Shown piece by piece: positions 24,256 through 34,109 of a DNA stretch of 57,545 bases. Location: contig JBEUKZ010000004.1 in NCBI GenBank assembly GCA_048128005.1, forward strand, positions 1-57,545, given 5' to 3'. A program made the position numbers and the translations under genes. This DNA is from Veleropilina oligotropha. Its lineage: Eukaryota. The notes beneath the pieces are model-generated. The model was given only the letters and a program-made list of their open reading frames with translations, was not told the origin of the DNA and ran no database searches. The stretch's first letter is position 1, and each line of letters opens with the position of its first letter.

Positions 24256-27009
24256 TTACTGGTTAGACGACCTCGGTCTAACAATACATCTTTGAGCAGC
24301 AACACACTGTAAATTGCTCAAACCATCAGCACCAGTCGAATAATCCCGCAGGTAATGTTTGACAAAGACATTAGCATTCTTCCAATAACCCGCTTGAAGT
24401 AACGCAGTTATATTCAAACTGTGTCGGAAGGCAATTGACGCAGCAATCGCACGGACCTCATGGGCGCGGACCGATAAAATAGTGCGGTCTTCGTCTTCAC
24501 AGCGGATGTATACATCTCTCACAGTCTGTGAAATCCACCGCGAAACAGTTGTTCTCGTAATGTCGCGGGTGTAGGTAGGCAAATACGAAATGAATAAACG
24601 TAATTTTCCTTGCCGCATATCACGGGTTCTGTCTAGGTAGAAGCGAAGCGCCTGGACCGGGCAATTGAAGCGGTCTGCATCGTGCCTTCCGACTAGCGTT
24701 AGCTTGGGGATAATAATATCAGGTGCGTCCTCGTTCGGCCGTTGGTTCTTGGCTAGAAAGCCCAAGATTGGACGCAGCATCACCGACCCGTCTGACTGGA
24801 ATCGAATATCTCTTAGCTCGGCGGATAAACTATGAATCTCGGAACAACGCCTGCCCGACGCTAAGGCGATCAGAAAAACCGTTTTGTGCGTCATGTTCCT
24901 CATGGTTATCTCGGACATCGGCTCATACGGAGGTAAGAGTAATGCGTTAAGAATTAGTACGATATTCCAGGCAGGTGGCTTAATGGTTCGGGTCGGCATC
25001 TCGAGTTTGTAAGATCGTATAAAATCTGAAATCGTTCGGTCGCTTGATAGGCCAGCATGGGCACGACACTGTTTTAACGTGGTCGCGATCGTTGCCCGAT
25101 AGCCTTTGACGGCGGACACTGACATACCGCGGTCGAAGAGCGACGATAAAAACTCGATAAACTTGTTCACAGGGGGACGGAGTATATTGACCTGCCTGCT
25201 GTGACACCAATCCACGTACTTGACCCATCAGTAGTCATAAACTTTTTTCGTGGAAATCCTTCTCGATCGGTAGATGCGTAGGGCTGTAGCTTTAGAAAAT
25301 CCATTCTTAGCAAGGGATCGTTCGATAACCGCCAGGTGTGTAAACATAAGTCGTTCGGCGATTCGTGGAGTACACGGGTGCGCGGCTGCATTAACAGGTC
25401 TAGTTTCTGCGGTAGCGCTAACGGTCGATCGACGATCAGATCGAGTAGGGTCGGACACCAAGGTTGCGTGCGATACAGGGGCGCTATTAGCGTTATCTCG
25501 CAACGTTCGTTCGATGCCTTCTGTAATACCAGTGATAGAATGCACGACGGGGGGAAGGCATATGCGGACAGATTCTCCCATGTCATTGACAGTGCGTCGA
25601 CCGCTAGGGCGGCCGGGTCCGGGTACGAGGAGACATACAGAGGTAGTCGGTAATTGAATTCTGTTGCAAACAGATCGACTTGGGGTTGTGACCACCGGCG
25701 ACAAACGTCCCGAGCTACTCGGCTGTGTAGCGTCCACTCTGTGTGTATTATCTGTGATTTCCGAGAGAGCGAATCCGCTCTGACATTCAGCTTTCCCGGG
25801 ATGTGTCGGGCTCGAATCGTCGAGTTGAGGGACATCACTAGGCGGTGTAGGTCTATTGCTCGGTCGCAAAGGGGACGCGAGCGAGTGCCGCCCTGGTGCT
25901 GGATGTAAGCGACGACAGTCGTGTTGTCCGTGGCGAGCATTATGTGCTTGTTGTGGAGATGTGACGAGAGGGACCGTACTGACAGGTAGACGGCTTCTAA
26001 CTCTAGGAAGTTGATATGTCGTCCCTGAAGGTCCGTCGGCCATAGGCCTGATGTCTCGTAACTGTCGAGGTGACCACCCCAGCCGTCGTTCGAAGCGTCT
26101 GTGAACAGGTAAGCGTTCAGCTCTGGCGGGGATATAGGAACCGACTGGTCCGGCAAAGCAGGGTTCAACCACACTGCTGTTGTGCTGGTAAACCAATGCC
26201 GTAGATCGATGCGATCCGTCCACTGCCCCGTCCGTTGTATCCAGCGATCCCTGAACGCCTGTTGTAACGGTCTTTTGTCCATGCGACCCGTCGGTAGCAG
26301 GGTCGCTACCGACTCGATGTGCCCCAGGACAGTGGCCAGTTGTCGTGCCGTAGTTATGTCCGATGACAGGGTGTCTTGGATAACTGCGCGTAGGTTCCGC
26401 ATACGCTTCTGGGTCGGCTTCGCGGTGTACCGGACCGTATCGAAGTCGACTCCGAGGAACGTAAACGTCGTCGAGGGCACGAAGCAGGATTTTGTCTCGT
26501 TGATCTGAAATCCCAGGCGCTTCGTCGATGACAGGGTAAAGCTCGTAGACCGGAGGCACAGATCCCGGGACGCCCCGAGGATCAGCCAGTCGTCGAGGTA
26601 CATATGTACCCTGTGCCCTAGAGAGTGTAGGAAGGCCCCTAGGGCCTGTACTGTTCTCGTGAAAACGTAAGGGGCTGACGATAGACCGAACGGTAGGCAC
26701 CTGAATTGGTAGATCGTCTCCCCGTGTATAAACCGAAGGTACTGATGAGCCGTGATATGCATCGGGACATGCAGATACGCGTCGGTCAGATCGATAGACG
26801 CTGCCCAGTCGCCCGGACGGATGGCCGCTCGAATCTTCGAGAGGGTTTCTTGCTGGAATTTCTCGGTACGAAGATATCGGTTGAGATGCGAGAGATCGAG
26901 GATCGGTCGCCAGCGGCCATCGGGTTTCGGGACCAGGAAGAAATGGCTGTACAATCCTGGTGTGCTGGGCGGCGCGGGATATATCGCTCTTTTTAGGAGC
27001 AAATCCCAC
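24256..27009 (-). CDS. DIRS ORF3 tyrosine recombinase (long N-terminal frame overlapping pol), split by an in-frame TGA at 25228-25230
   Basis: ORFs 25228-27009 and 24256-25215 are in the same frame: ..STKKVYDY*WVKYVDWC..; YR motifs LALASGRRCSE-like, HEVR, GYW, KHY. Confidence 0.88.
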
Positions 27010-27449
27010 ACTGCCTGGTCTAAGACCGCTTGTTTATCTCCGTTTAGGAGGCGAGCGTGTCTTGATGGTGGTGCCTCGGTTAAGGTCGGATGCCGGTTGA
27101 ATGCCAACTTGTATCCGGCACTCACGACTAAGTGGACCCAGTTGCTGTCTGTCAGCTCTAGCCACGACTGGCTGTGCGCTAACAGGCACGCTCCCACCGG
27201 CGGAAGCGGGCAACTGAGACCGTCGCGAATGCCGGCAGCCCTAGGGCCGAGGCTTCCCTCTCCCGCTCTGCTTACGGGATTTCGCTGGAGGTGCTTGCCT
27301 CTTTGGAGTGGGTTTATTGGCCGTAGGCCTATCACCCGAAGAGGGCTTCGCATGCTTAGAAGGCTTCGGGGCCCGGGTGGGCCCTGAGCGCTTCCTCGAG
27401 TCGGCAGGTGGACCCCGAACGGGGTGCAGTACCGCCTTCTCGATGGCAC
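25167..27449 (-). CDS. DIRS ORF2: reverse transcriptase, RNase H and adenine-methyltransferase-like domain (open in copy 1)
   Basis: FLVPKPDGRWRPILDL, IDLTDAYLH, LPFGLSSAP, YLDD (26589-26600); FTDASNDGWG, LELEAV, TDNTT, ADSLSR; VDLFATEFN..VDAL..AYAFPP. Confidence 0.95.
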   Translation of the reverse strand: MPSRRRYCTPFGVHLPTRGSAQGPPGPRSLLSMRSPLRVIGLRPINPLQRGKHLQRNPVSRAGEGSLGPRAAGIRDGLSCPLPPVGACLLAHSQSWLELTDSNWVHLVVSAGYKLAFNRHPTLTEAPPSRHARLLNGDKQAVLDQAVWDLLLKRAIYPAPPSTPGLYSHFFLVPKPDGRWRPILDLSHLNRYLRTEKFQQETLSKIRAAIRPGDWAASIDLTDAYLHVPMHITAHQYLRFIHGETIYQFRCLPFGLSSAPYVFTRTVQALGAFLHSLGHRVHMYLDDWLILGASRDLCLRSTSFTLSSTKRLGFQINETKSCFVPSTTFTFLGVDFDTVRYTAKPTQKRMRNLRAVIQDTLSSDITTARQLATVLGHIESVATLLPTGRMDKRPLQQAFRDRWIQRTGQWTDRIDLRHWFTSTTAVWLNPALPDQSVPISPPELNAYLFTDASNDGWGGHLDSYETSGLWPTDLQGRHINFLELEAVYLSVRSLSSHLHNKHIMLATDNTTVVAYIQHQGGTRSRPLCDRAIDLHRLVMSLNSTIRARHIPGKLNVRADSLSRKSQIIHTEWTLHSRVARDVCRRWSQPQVDLFATEFNYRLPLYVSSYPDPAALAVDALSMTWENLSAYAFPPSCILSLVLQKASNERCEITLIAPLYRTQPWCPTLLDLIVDRPLALPQKLDLLMQPRTRVLHESPNDLCLHTWRLSNDPLLRMDFLKLQPYASTDREGFPRKKFMTTDGSSTWIGVTAGRSIYSVPL

Positions 27450-29580
27450 GGTCCTTCATGTCCGCCGCTCTCTTGTCAACGAACTCCGAAAAGTTGTCAC
27501 CAAAGAGAGTGGTGGCCGAGCAAGGCACGCATCGCAACGAGCGCCGGGTGGCCTCGTCTAGCGAGGTGCCTTCCAGGCAAGCATCCCTACGAAGTAGGAG
27601 TGCATTGCCCAGGACACGTCCCGTCTCCAACGCGCTGGTCTCCTGTGTGGCAGCAACCTCCTGGAGGAAGGACAGGGCAGCCTCGGGGGCGCCGGGTCCA
27701 TTCTCCTGTAGTACGGCTATCGCGCCGTCCAAGAAAAAGTCCTGAACAGACGATAGCCGTAGAGCCCGTCGGGCGGCGCTCTCGAAAGCTTCCAAGGCGG
27801 ACCAAGGAAATTTCGTTACGGAGGGAGTGTGACTGGCGGTCAGTCGACGCAACGAAGCATCTACATGAGCCGGCTCAGTCGCCAGGCACGGACCAGTGCA
27901 TGCGAACGGGATCATTCGCGAACTGGCCCGGAGGTACCTCCCACTACGGAACCCCGAAGGGAACTCGGTCAGCGGGGAGGACTCCACCGGATTGCGCCCC
28001 TGTACGAGCTTGGTTATCGAGTCGACCACCAGATCAACCAGCCCGGACTGAGGTAAGGAGGGGAGCTCGGGGGCTTCCCTCGCAACAAACCGATGTGCTG
28101 CCGTCCTGTGCTTGACTACGTCTACAGCCGACCGAGTCGGTTCCGACAAGCCAAGCACCCCGCGAAGTGACGCAATGGCGTCGAGCCTTCGGCGGGTGGA
28201 GGAGGTCGGCTCCTGCGTGCCTGAAAGACTAACGTCTTCGGGCCCGACCGATTCAGGGAGGTCGGTGTGATTGGAACCGAGGTCCTCGTCGGAACGAGGG
28301 TCGATCTCCATCACGGAGGCAGGAGCCATGCTCTGCGCCATGGGCAGATGTGTAGGTACCAGGCGCGGCTGGGGAGCCATCGGCCAGGCCTTACACCGTT
28401 CCTCGATCCCCGCCGCGATCCATGCCTGGACGTTCTCATAAGAGAAACAAGGAGGCAGGACGGGCGTCGAACTAACAGCCGGTAGTTCAGTCGAGGAAAC
28501 CGTGGTGCTAGGTAGACGGGCTGCATAGACAGGTGGTACCGAGGACCAGGGTCCTAGGGCACTTGTCGAGGGGTCGAACCCGAAGGACTGGCCCGAAGGC
28601 GCAGTCAGTGGGCCGGACGACCGATATAACTGCGGCAACAGTTCAGATCGGTCTACCACTCTGCTCGGTCGAGGCACGGTCGGAAAACCGCCGTAGAACC
28701 CCGTCCCGAACGCAGCCGGTCTGTCCACGTTCTCTAGCGTGACCATCGTGGGTGCATGGGAGAGACCGGGCCCTCTGAATGTCTCGTGAGCTTCGAGGTT
28801 GAGCGGAAAACCCCTAGGGGAAGTCGCGTCGGTCTCGATCGAGGATTCAGGTGTCGCCGATTGTCCGAGTCTTAGACCTACAAGTAGGTGCCCGGCCTCT
28901 TTAAAGGCTTTCTCATTGGGTCGCTCCCCGTCGTTAAACGGAGAGGTTCCCGCAGAAGGACTAACTGTCCCCTTATTCTTCGAGGCCGAAGAAAAGGATG
29001 GGGATGGTCTGCCCTGTTCAGCTGTTCTCTGCACTGCCAGATACACCTTGCTAGCCGGCAAGGTATGGTTGGCTGCAGCTACTAAGCCCGGTTGAGGAGG
29101 AACGGTCGGCACTCGGGCCGTTACCTGAATCTGGGGTCCCGGCAAGGTTTCGGTGACTCCCCCAAGAGTCGCGGAGGTTTCGCCGGTGGATCCGGCGACA
29201 GACGTCCCCTTATGTCGGCTGTCGTCCAGCGTCCCTGAAGCAGACAAAGAAGAAACATTAGCCCCTAACTTACCAGTCTCTTCCTGACCCTTCTCCGGGG
29301 GAGGACCCACCGTGGCAGTCGCCCTGGTCGACTTACCCTGGTGGGCTAGAACCGCCCACTGCTTATCTGATAAAAGAAAGCACAGATCACACTGATGTTT
29401 AAGACTACAAGTACGGTGAATACGGCATTCCTTGTGCTTATCAAATCCGTGAATTTTCTGGTTACACCCGGAGCTACTGCACCGGACCATAGATAAATAC
29501 ACGGGAGGGTGGTAGTGGGTAGACGGGGTAGGTAAATAGGTATATATAAGGTAGTTGTGACTTTTACTACGACAACTCAC
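27241..29580 (-). CDS. DIRS ORF1 gag-like protein (likely ATG at ~29490)
   Basis: N-terminal Cys/His cluster (MVRCSSSGC..DKHKECRIHRTC..CDLC), long S/P-rich linker, C-terminal LLLRRDACL..VP..TLFG resembling the LAP2alpha-like domain of DIRS gags. Confidence 0.85.
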   Translation of the reverse strand: MSCRSKSHNYLIYTYLPTPSTHYHPPVYLSMVRCSSSGCNQKIHGFDKHKECRIHRTCSLKHQCDLCFLLSDKQWAVLAHQGKSTRATATVGPPPEKGQEETGKLGANVSSLSASGTLDDSRHKGTSVAGSTGETSATLGGVTETLPGPQIQVTARVPTVPPQPGLVAAANHTLPASKVYLAVQRTAEQGRPSPSFSSASKNKGTVSPSAGTSPFNDGERPNEKAFKEAGHLLVGLRLGQSATPESSIETDATSPRGFPLNLEAHETFRGPGLSHAPTMVTLENVDRPAAFGTGFYGGFPTVPRPSRVVDRSELLPQLYRSSGPLTAPSGQSFGFDPSTSALGPWSSVPPVYAARLPSTTVSSTELPAVSSTPVLPPCFSYENVQAWIAAGIEERCKAWPMAPQPRLVPTHLPMAQSMAPASVMEIDPRSDEDLGSNHTDLPESVGPEDVSLSGTQEPTSSTRRRLDAIASLRGVLGLSEPTRSAVDVVKHRTAAHRFVAREAPELPSLPQSGLVDLVVDSITKLVQGRNPVESSPLTEFPSGFRSGRYLRASSRMIPFACTGPCLATEPAHVDASLRRLTASHTPSVTKFPWSALEAFESAARRALRLSSVQDFFLDGAIAVLQENGPGAPEAALSFLQEVAATQETSALETGRVLGNALLLRRDACLEGTSLDEATRRSLRCVPCSATTLFGDNFSEFVDKRAADMKDRAIEKAVLHPVRGPPADSRKRSGPTRAPKPSKHAKPSSGDRPTANKPTPKRQAPPAKSRKQSGRGKPRP

Positions 29581-30694
29581 AGAATTGCCCTGATCTGAAG
29601 ATCAAAGATCAAGCAATATACCGCAAAAACGCAAAAAACCCCGAACTGGGAACACCGAGGTCGGGTATTTACCCGACACGACCCGGTAACCCGGCAAATT
29701 GACTAGAACAAACGGGGGTTCTTTCTTCGAAAAAACCGCCCAGAAAAACACCTGAAAACCTCGTGGATGTTTTTATGTTAGTACAATGGCGTATTATCCC
29801 AGAAACGGCAGGATATCAGAAAAACGCAAGCGTGATATCAAAACGATCCTGCCTTTTAACAACGCTAGAATTTTTATACAATAATAACCAGCAATAGCGT
29901 CGTTAAGGAATTATCCAATATAATGAGTTACCTGTTTGCAGTCTCAAACAATATCAGATAAAATACCGACCAGAATTTCTTCTATTACACGAAACTTCCC
30001 CTCTGAGCGGCCATGCTTTTCCCTGCAACAGCGGCGATGTCGGTTTCACTGATTTTCAGAACTTCTTGAAGTTATCGAATCACAATCTTCCGTATTCACT
30101 AGTGCTTAGTATCCACAACACAGTGTATTCCACAACTTATATTATCTTCAGGGTGTAATCCTTGTTGATATAAGTTATATCTATAGCGTCCCCGATTTAA
30201 ACATATAAATCGTAGACATCGAAATAATTGCGGAGCAAAAAACACGTCTTTCCGTCTTCGCGGAAAACTTTGAATTGAGGCCTTGTGACTTCGATGGTTC
30301 GGAAGTCTCGCGAGACTTGGCGAGATCTCGCTGGGGGAACTTAGGAGAGGGGAAGCAGGGGAGGTAATCGTGGTACGTTTTGACTTATAAAGAGTGCATA
30401 ATGTGACTTATTCACTGTTTCCGGTTAGCGATAATATGACTATTATGGCAAGAGTAAGGACGTAAGTATGTTTGTAACTACATATGCATATTTTTGCAAA
30501 ATTGTGTCGCGAAAGTTATATACACGACCTACAAATACTCTTGGGAATGTGTGTACCAATTTTGGTGAAAATTGAGCGGGTAGTTTTCAAATAAATCGAC
30601 GGATATATATATGTATATGTATATATATATATATGTATATACACACGGACCATTTGATAATGTCTTGTCCTTTTTTACAAAAAGGTCAAGACAT

Positions 30695-31313
30695 AAAAAC
30701 ACGCAGGGCAAAACATAGACTAACAACAATGTACAAAATGACCAACAACATGTCTCCTGCTTACATCCAAGAGTTAGTTTCCAATGACACCACACATACG
30801 CACAATCTTAGAAACACTCTCTTACCCGTTCCATTTGCAAGAACTGTTCAGCATTCCAACAGTTTACTCCCGAAAACAATAAGACAATGGAATCAATTGC
30901 CCCAGGCTACAAAATGTAGCGATTCCATATCTATTTTTAAAAAACATATTAACGCCAATCTGAAAAGCCCACCGTCTTATTATAAATCAGGTAGACGTTC
31001 GGAAAATGTTATACATTGTCAGTTGCGAAACAGTGCAAGCCAGCTGAAATCGCACCTATATGAATCATTCTTAGAGCCTTCCGCCACGTGTATATGTGGA
31101 CATATAATCGAGGATAACTTCCACTACTTTTTTACCTGCCCTTTATTTCACATTCAAAGAACTGTTTTATTCCAAAGTCTAGGGAGGATAGCCATTGTTC
31201 CTCCTGACATAAATCTTATCCTGAACGGAAGTGAATGTTTAGATAATAATACAAACATATCAATAACAAACGCTGTGCACACATACATTAGAAACACAAA
31301 AAGGTTTCAATAA
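30695..31313 (+). pseudogene. C-terminal continuation of LINE ORF2
   Basis: KTRRAKHRLTTMYK..PKTIRQWNQLP..CICGHIIEDNFHYFFTCP..YIRNTKRFQ*. Confidence 0.88.
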
Positions 31314-31721
31314 ATTGATTCTGACGCTTAAGGTGAACAGGACCCACCGTTGTGAAATGCATACAAATAATAGCTGCTTCATCTAAAACTAAAGTACCAT
31401 AAATATATCTTTCAAACGTGTACACTATATTATTGCGCGATTGTTTAGCACCTGCACTTATATGTTAATTAAATTATAAATACACTGTGCCATGTAATAC
31501 GGAAAGGACCACGACAGGATTTATCCTACTGTCCGATCCGGTTGACTTTTGTCAATAAAATATTGTTTAAATTAATACTTTAGAATATTCCGCCATGCCA
31601 TCGACACGAGTCGGGCGCCACCACTCATAGCTGCAACTGCACATGAATGGAGGACGCGCTTATTCAGGCAAAATAAACATGTGCCAAAGTAGTCGGACCA
31701 AGTCACAGGACTTGACATTGA

Positions 31722-31941
31722 AGCCGCTTCGACAGCCGTGTGGTTTTAGTAGTGAACTCCGAAGAAATCAATGGCTTCATTCCGCTGACGCGAACAGTAG
31801 TGGGTCCAACCCTAGGCAGACACATCACGCATTTGTTAAAGCTATGAATCACAGTTGTCCTTATCTGCGGTATCCCCGGGCGGCCGGGCTTTCCTCCAGC
31901 GATAAAACGGACATGTCTGCTTTTAACCAAATGATGTTTGG

Positions 31942-31943
<2 letters not shown>
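31722..31943 (+). mobile_element. SINE copy (same family); repeated at 44792-45013 and partially at 57446-57545
   Basis: gccgcttcgacagc..ttccgctgacgcgaacagtagtgggtccaaccc..ccgggcggccgggctttcctccagcgataa. Confidence 0.7.
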
Positions 31944-32024
<81 letters not shown>

Positions 32025-33554
32025 CACTGAGTCAAAAAAGAAACTTCACAAAATGTAATTTGAAAAAGTAATGAATAATTTTTCTCTGATGATACATCTA
32101 TGTATCCGAAATGGGATTCCTATCTTTCGACGCTAGAAAAACGTTAGCAAACCCCCCTCAAACTCATCCATTCCTCGTACAAATGACGTTAGTGCCAAAT
32201 CAGGTTTTGCACGTGCAGTCGGTCACGTAATCTTCCCATCGATGTTGATTTCATTTGCACTTGTTTGCATTGGCCTCAGGAATTGAAAAAACACTTTTAA
32301 ACCACGGTTCTAACGGTACTTTAAATGCCACGACTGTCAAATGTGCAACGTGAACGTGCCGTTGGCATGTTACACGCGGGAAGATCAGTTATTGACGTCG
32401 CAAGAGCAATGGGATGCAGCCGTCGTACTGTGTATGACTTGCGAATTCGTCTACAAGAAACTGGCACCACTTCTGATCGCCCAAGGTCGGGTCGTCCACG
32501 TGTAACGTCACGAGCAGAAGACCGTTACATCGTCATACGTCACCTACGTGACAGATTTCTGCCGGCTGCACGAACCAGGGCTGAGATGTTTAGAGGTCGA
32601 CTGTCCTCACAGACCATTCGAAATCGGTTGCGGGCTGCCAATCTCCATCCTCGACGTCCATATCGTGGGCCGATATTTACGCCATTTCATCGACGTCAAC
32701 GTCTGCTGTGGGCCCAACGTCACCTCCGATGGACCCAAAGAGACTGGAATCGAGTCGTCTTTAGCGATGAATCAAGGTTTACCCTCAGATTCGCGGACGG
32801 CAGGCATAGAGTCTGGAGACGACGTCGTGAACGGTATGCCCAGTGTTGTGTGCAGGAAGTGGACATATTCGGGGGCGGAAGTTGCATGGTGTGGGGTGCT
32901 TTCTGTGGGAACAACCGTTCTCGACTTCTGGTCATTCGTGGAAACATCACAGCTGCTGCTTATCGCGACCAGGTGGTCACCCCTGAACTCGTTCCTTTCA
33001 TGGCGGCTCATGGCCCAGGTCTACATTTCCAGCATGATAATGCGCTGCCGCATACCGCGATGTTGACACGAAATTTCCTTCAAAACGCTGGAATCAACGT
33101 CATGGACTGGCCATCAAGGTCCCCTGACCTTAATCCAATCGAGCACGTTTGGGATGCACTTGGGAGAAGGCTTCGTGGTCTTAGACACCAACCACATAAT
33201 TTGCAGGAACTTGGCGCTGCCTTGCAAGAGCAATGGCGCAGAATCCCCAACCACGTGTTCACAAACATCAGGCGGTCGATGAGGAGACGGTGTTTGGCAG
33301 TGGTGAATGCGCGAGGCGGCCATACACGATATTGAACTGAGAAATTTCGAATTTCTATTCTTGTGACTTGACATTCTGTATACACATGTTTTGGAACGGC
33401 GGTGTAGCCTAATGGAACTGATTATGGCACTGTCAGTGTATCGAGTACATCACACACATCTCAGCAATGAAATAATAACAATTTAACCATTTTACCATCT
33501 CTTGTTCTTTTTTAGTGCCCAGAAGAAAGAATGTGAAGTTTCTTTTTTGACTCA

Positions 33555-33557
<3 letters not shown>
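32025..33557 (+). mobile_element. Tc1 DNA transposon, copy 1 (1533 bp), in a (TA)n tract
   Basis: ~26-bp TIRs cactgagtcaaaaaagaaacttcaca / tgtgaagtttcttttttgactcagta; TA on both sides. Confidence 0.96.
32325..33335 (+). CDS. Tc1 DD34E transposase, intact 336 aa
   Basis: Paired-like HTH with GRPR linker; FSDESRF, QHDNALPH, SPDLNPIEHVW; 34 residues between the second D and the E. Confidence 0.96.
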   Translation: MPRLSNVQRERAVGMLHAGRSVIDVARAMGCSRRTVYDLRIRLQETGTTSDRPRSGRPRVTSRAEDRYIVIRHLRDRFLPAARTRAEMFRGRLSSQTIRNRLRAANLHPRRPYRGPIFTPFHRRQRLLWAQRHLRWTQRDWNRVVFSDESRFTLRFADGRHRVWRRRRERYAQCCVQEVDIFGGGSCMVWGAFCGNNRSRLLVIRGNITAAAYRDQVVTPELVPFMAAHGPGLHFQHDNALPHTAMLTRNFLQNAGINVMDWPSRSPDLNPIEHVWDALGRRLRGLRHQPHNLQELGAALQEQWRRIPNHVFTNIRRSMRRRCLAVVNARGGHTRY

Positions 33558-33598
<41 letters not shown>

Positions 33599-33735
33599 CA
33601 ATTATATGAGAGGCATAACATTTTTTTGTTTTAACCAACATTATTATATATTAACGCAATGGAAACGATGTTTACGGCCATTATGCATATCATATCAAGA
33701 ACATATTAATTTTGTGTATCAGTTATAATGTCATA

Positions 33736-33805
33736 TCCCCGAACGGACTCGAACCCGCGATCTCCTGAATACCGTCCAGGCGCTCTACCGCTAAGCTACG
33801 GGGCC
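33736..33805 (-). ncRNA. tRNA-like cloverleaf (pseudo-tRNA / Pol III promoter) inside the left TIR
   Basis: GGCCCCG TA GCTT AGCGGTA GAGC G CCTGG ACGGTAT TCAGG AGATC GCGGG TTCGAGT CCGTT CGGGGA: good A and B boxes, D and anticodon stems pair, lacks U33, imperfect acceptor and T stems. Confidence 0.7.
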
Positions 33806-34109
33806 GACGAGAAACATGGCATTGAAACTGATACAAGTGATTCAGCAACGATCGGCATGCATACGGTGACTTCCCACTCAGCCCAAAATTAAAATATCAG
33901 ATTCCCACTCAGCCCAAGCTGGCTACTCAGCCCAATAGGTGTACTCGCTGAACCCGAACTGGCTATATCCTATTTCAATTACTGATGAGTGGTAATCAGT
34001 ATGAACAGCATTCAACATATTAAAGAAACTATAATATCTTATTAATATTAACAATGTTCATCAAATGGTGTTTATGATTGTATATACTGCTGTACAATGT
34101 GTGCAGTTT

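Larger units (their letters stand above)
23024..30486 (-). mobile_element. DIRS1-type tyrosine-recombinase retrotransposon, copy 1 (complete, ~7.46 kb)
   Basis: 208-bp ITRs (23057-23264 and 30266-30473); ICR 23325-23415 complementary to both outer ends; ATG trinucleotide at both junctions; gag, RT-RNaseH-MTase and YR ORFs. Confidence 0.97.
22789..30694 (-). mobile_element. HINE / DINE-1-like element inserted in the LINE and itself split by the DIRS element
   Basis: SubTIR atgtcttgacc (22812-22822) vs ggtcaagacat (30684-30694); hairpin 30660-30694; (TA/TG) microsatellite near 30603-30645; stem-loop gaacg-acg-cgttc beside the aacaag terminus; A-rich insertion site. Confidence 0.75.
17775..31574 (+). 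mobile_element. Full-length CR1-group LINE, interrupted by nested insertions, with 13-bp TSD
   Basis: TSD ATACTTTAGAATA at 17762-17774 and 31575-31587; ORF1, APE-RT ORF2, CxCG..H..C C-terminus, 3' UTR stem-loop and aataaa; ORF2 reads ..ELGWEQLK (22717) | TRRAKHRL.. (30695 onward) across the insertion. Confidence 0.9.

Noticed and set aside
24256..27449. Bacterial or phage integrase/methylase island or contamination
   Set aside because: YR, RT and MTase-like domains with ITRs and ICR are the normal DIRS1 architecture, nested cleanly in animal repeats.
24723..29095. Many plus-strand ORFs within DIRS (and minus-strand ORFs within Tc1)
   Set aside because: Antisense shadows of GC-rich coding sequence with no recognisable motifs.
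33736..33805. Functional tRNA-Thr(GGT) gene
   Set aside because: Lacks U33, has mismatched acceptor and T stems, and is part of a transposon inverted repeat.
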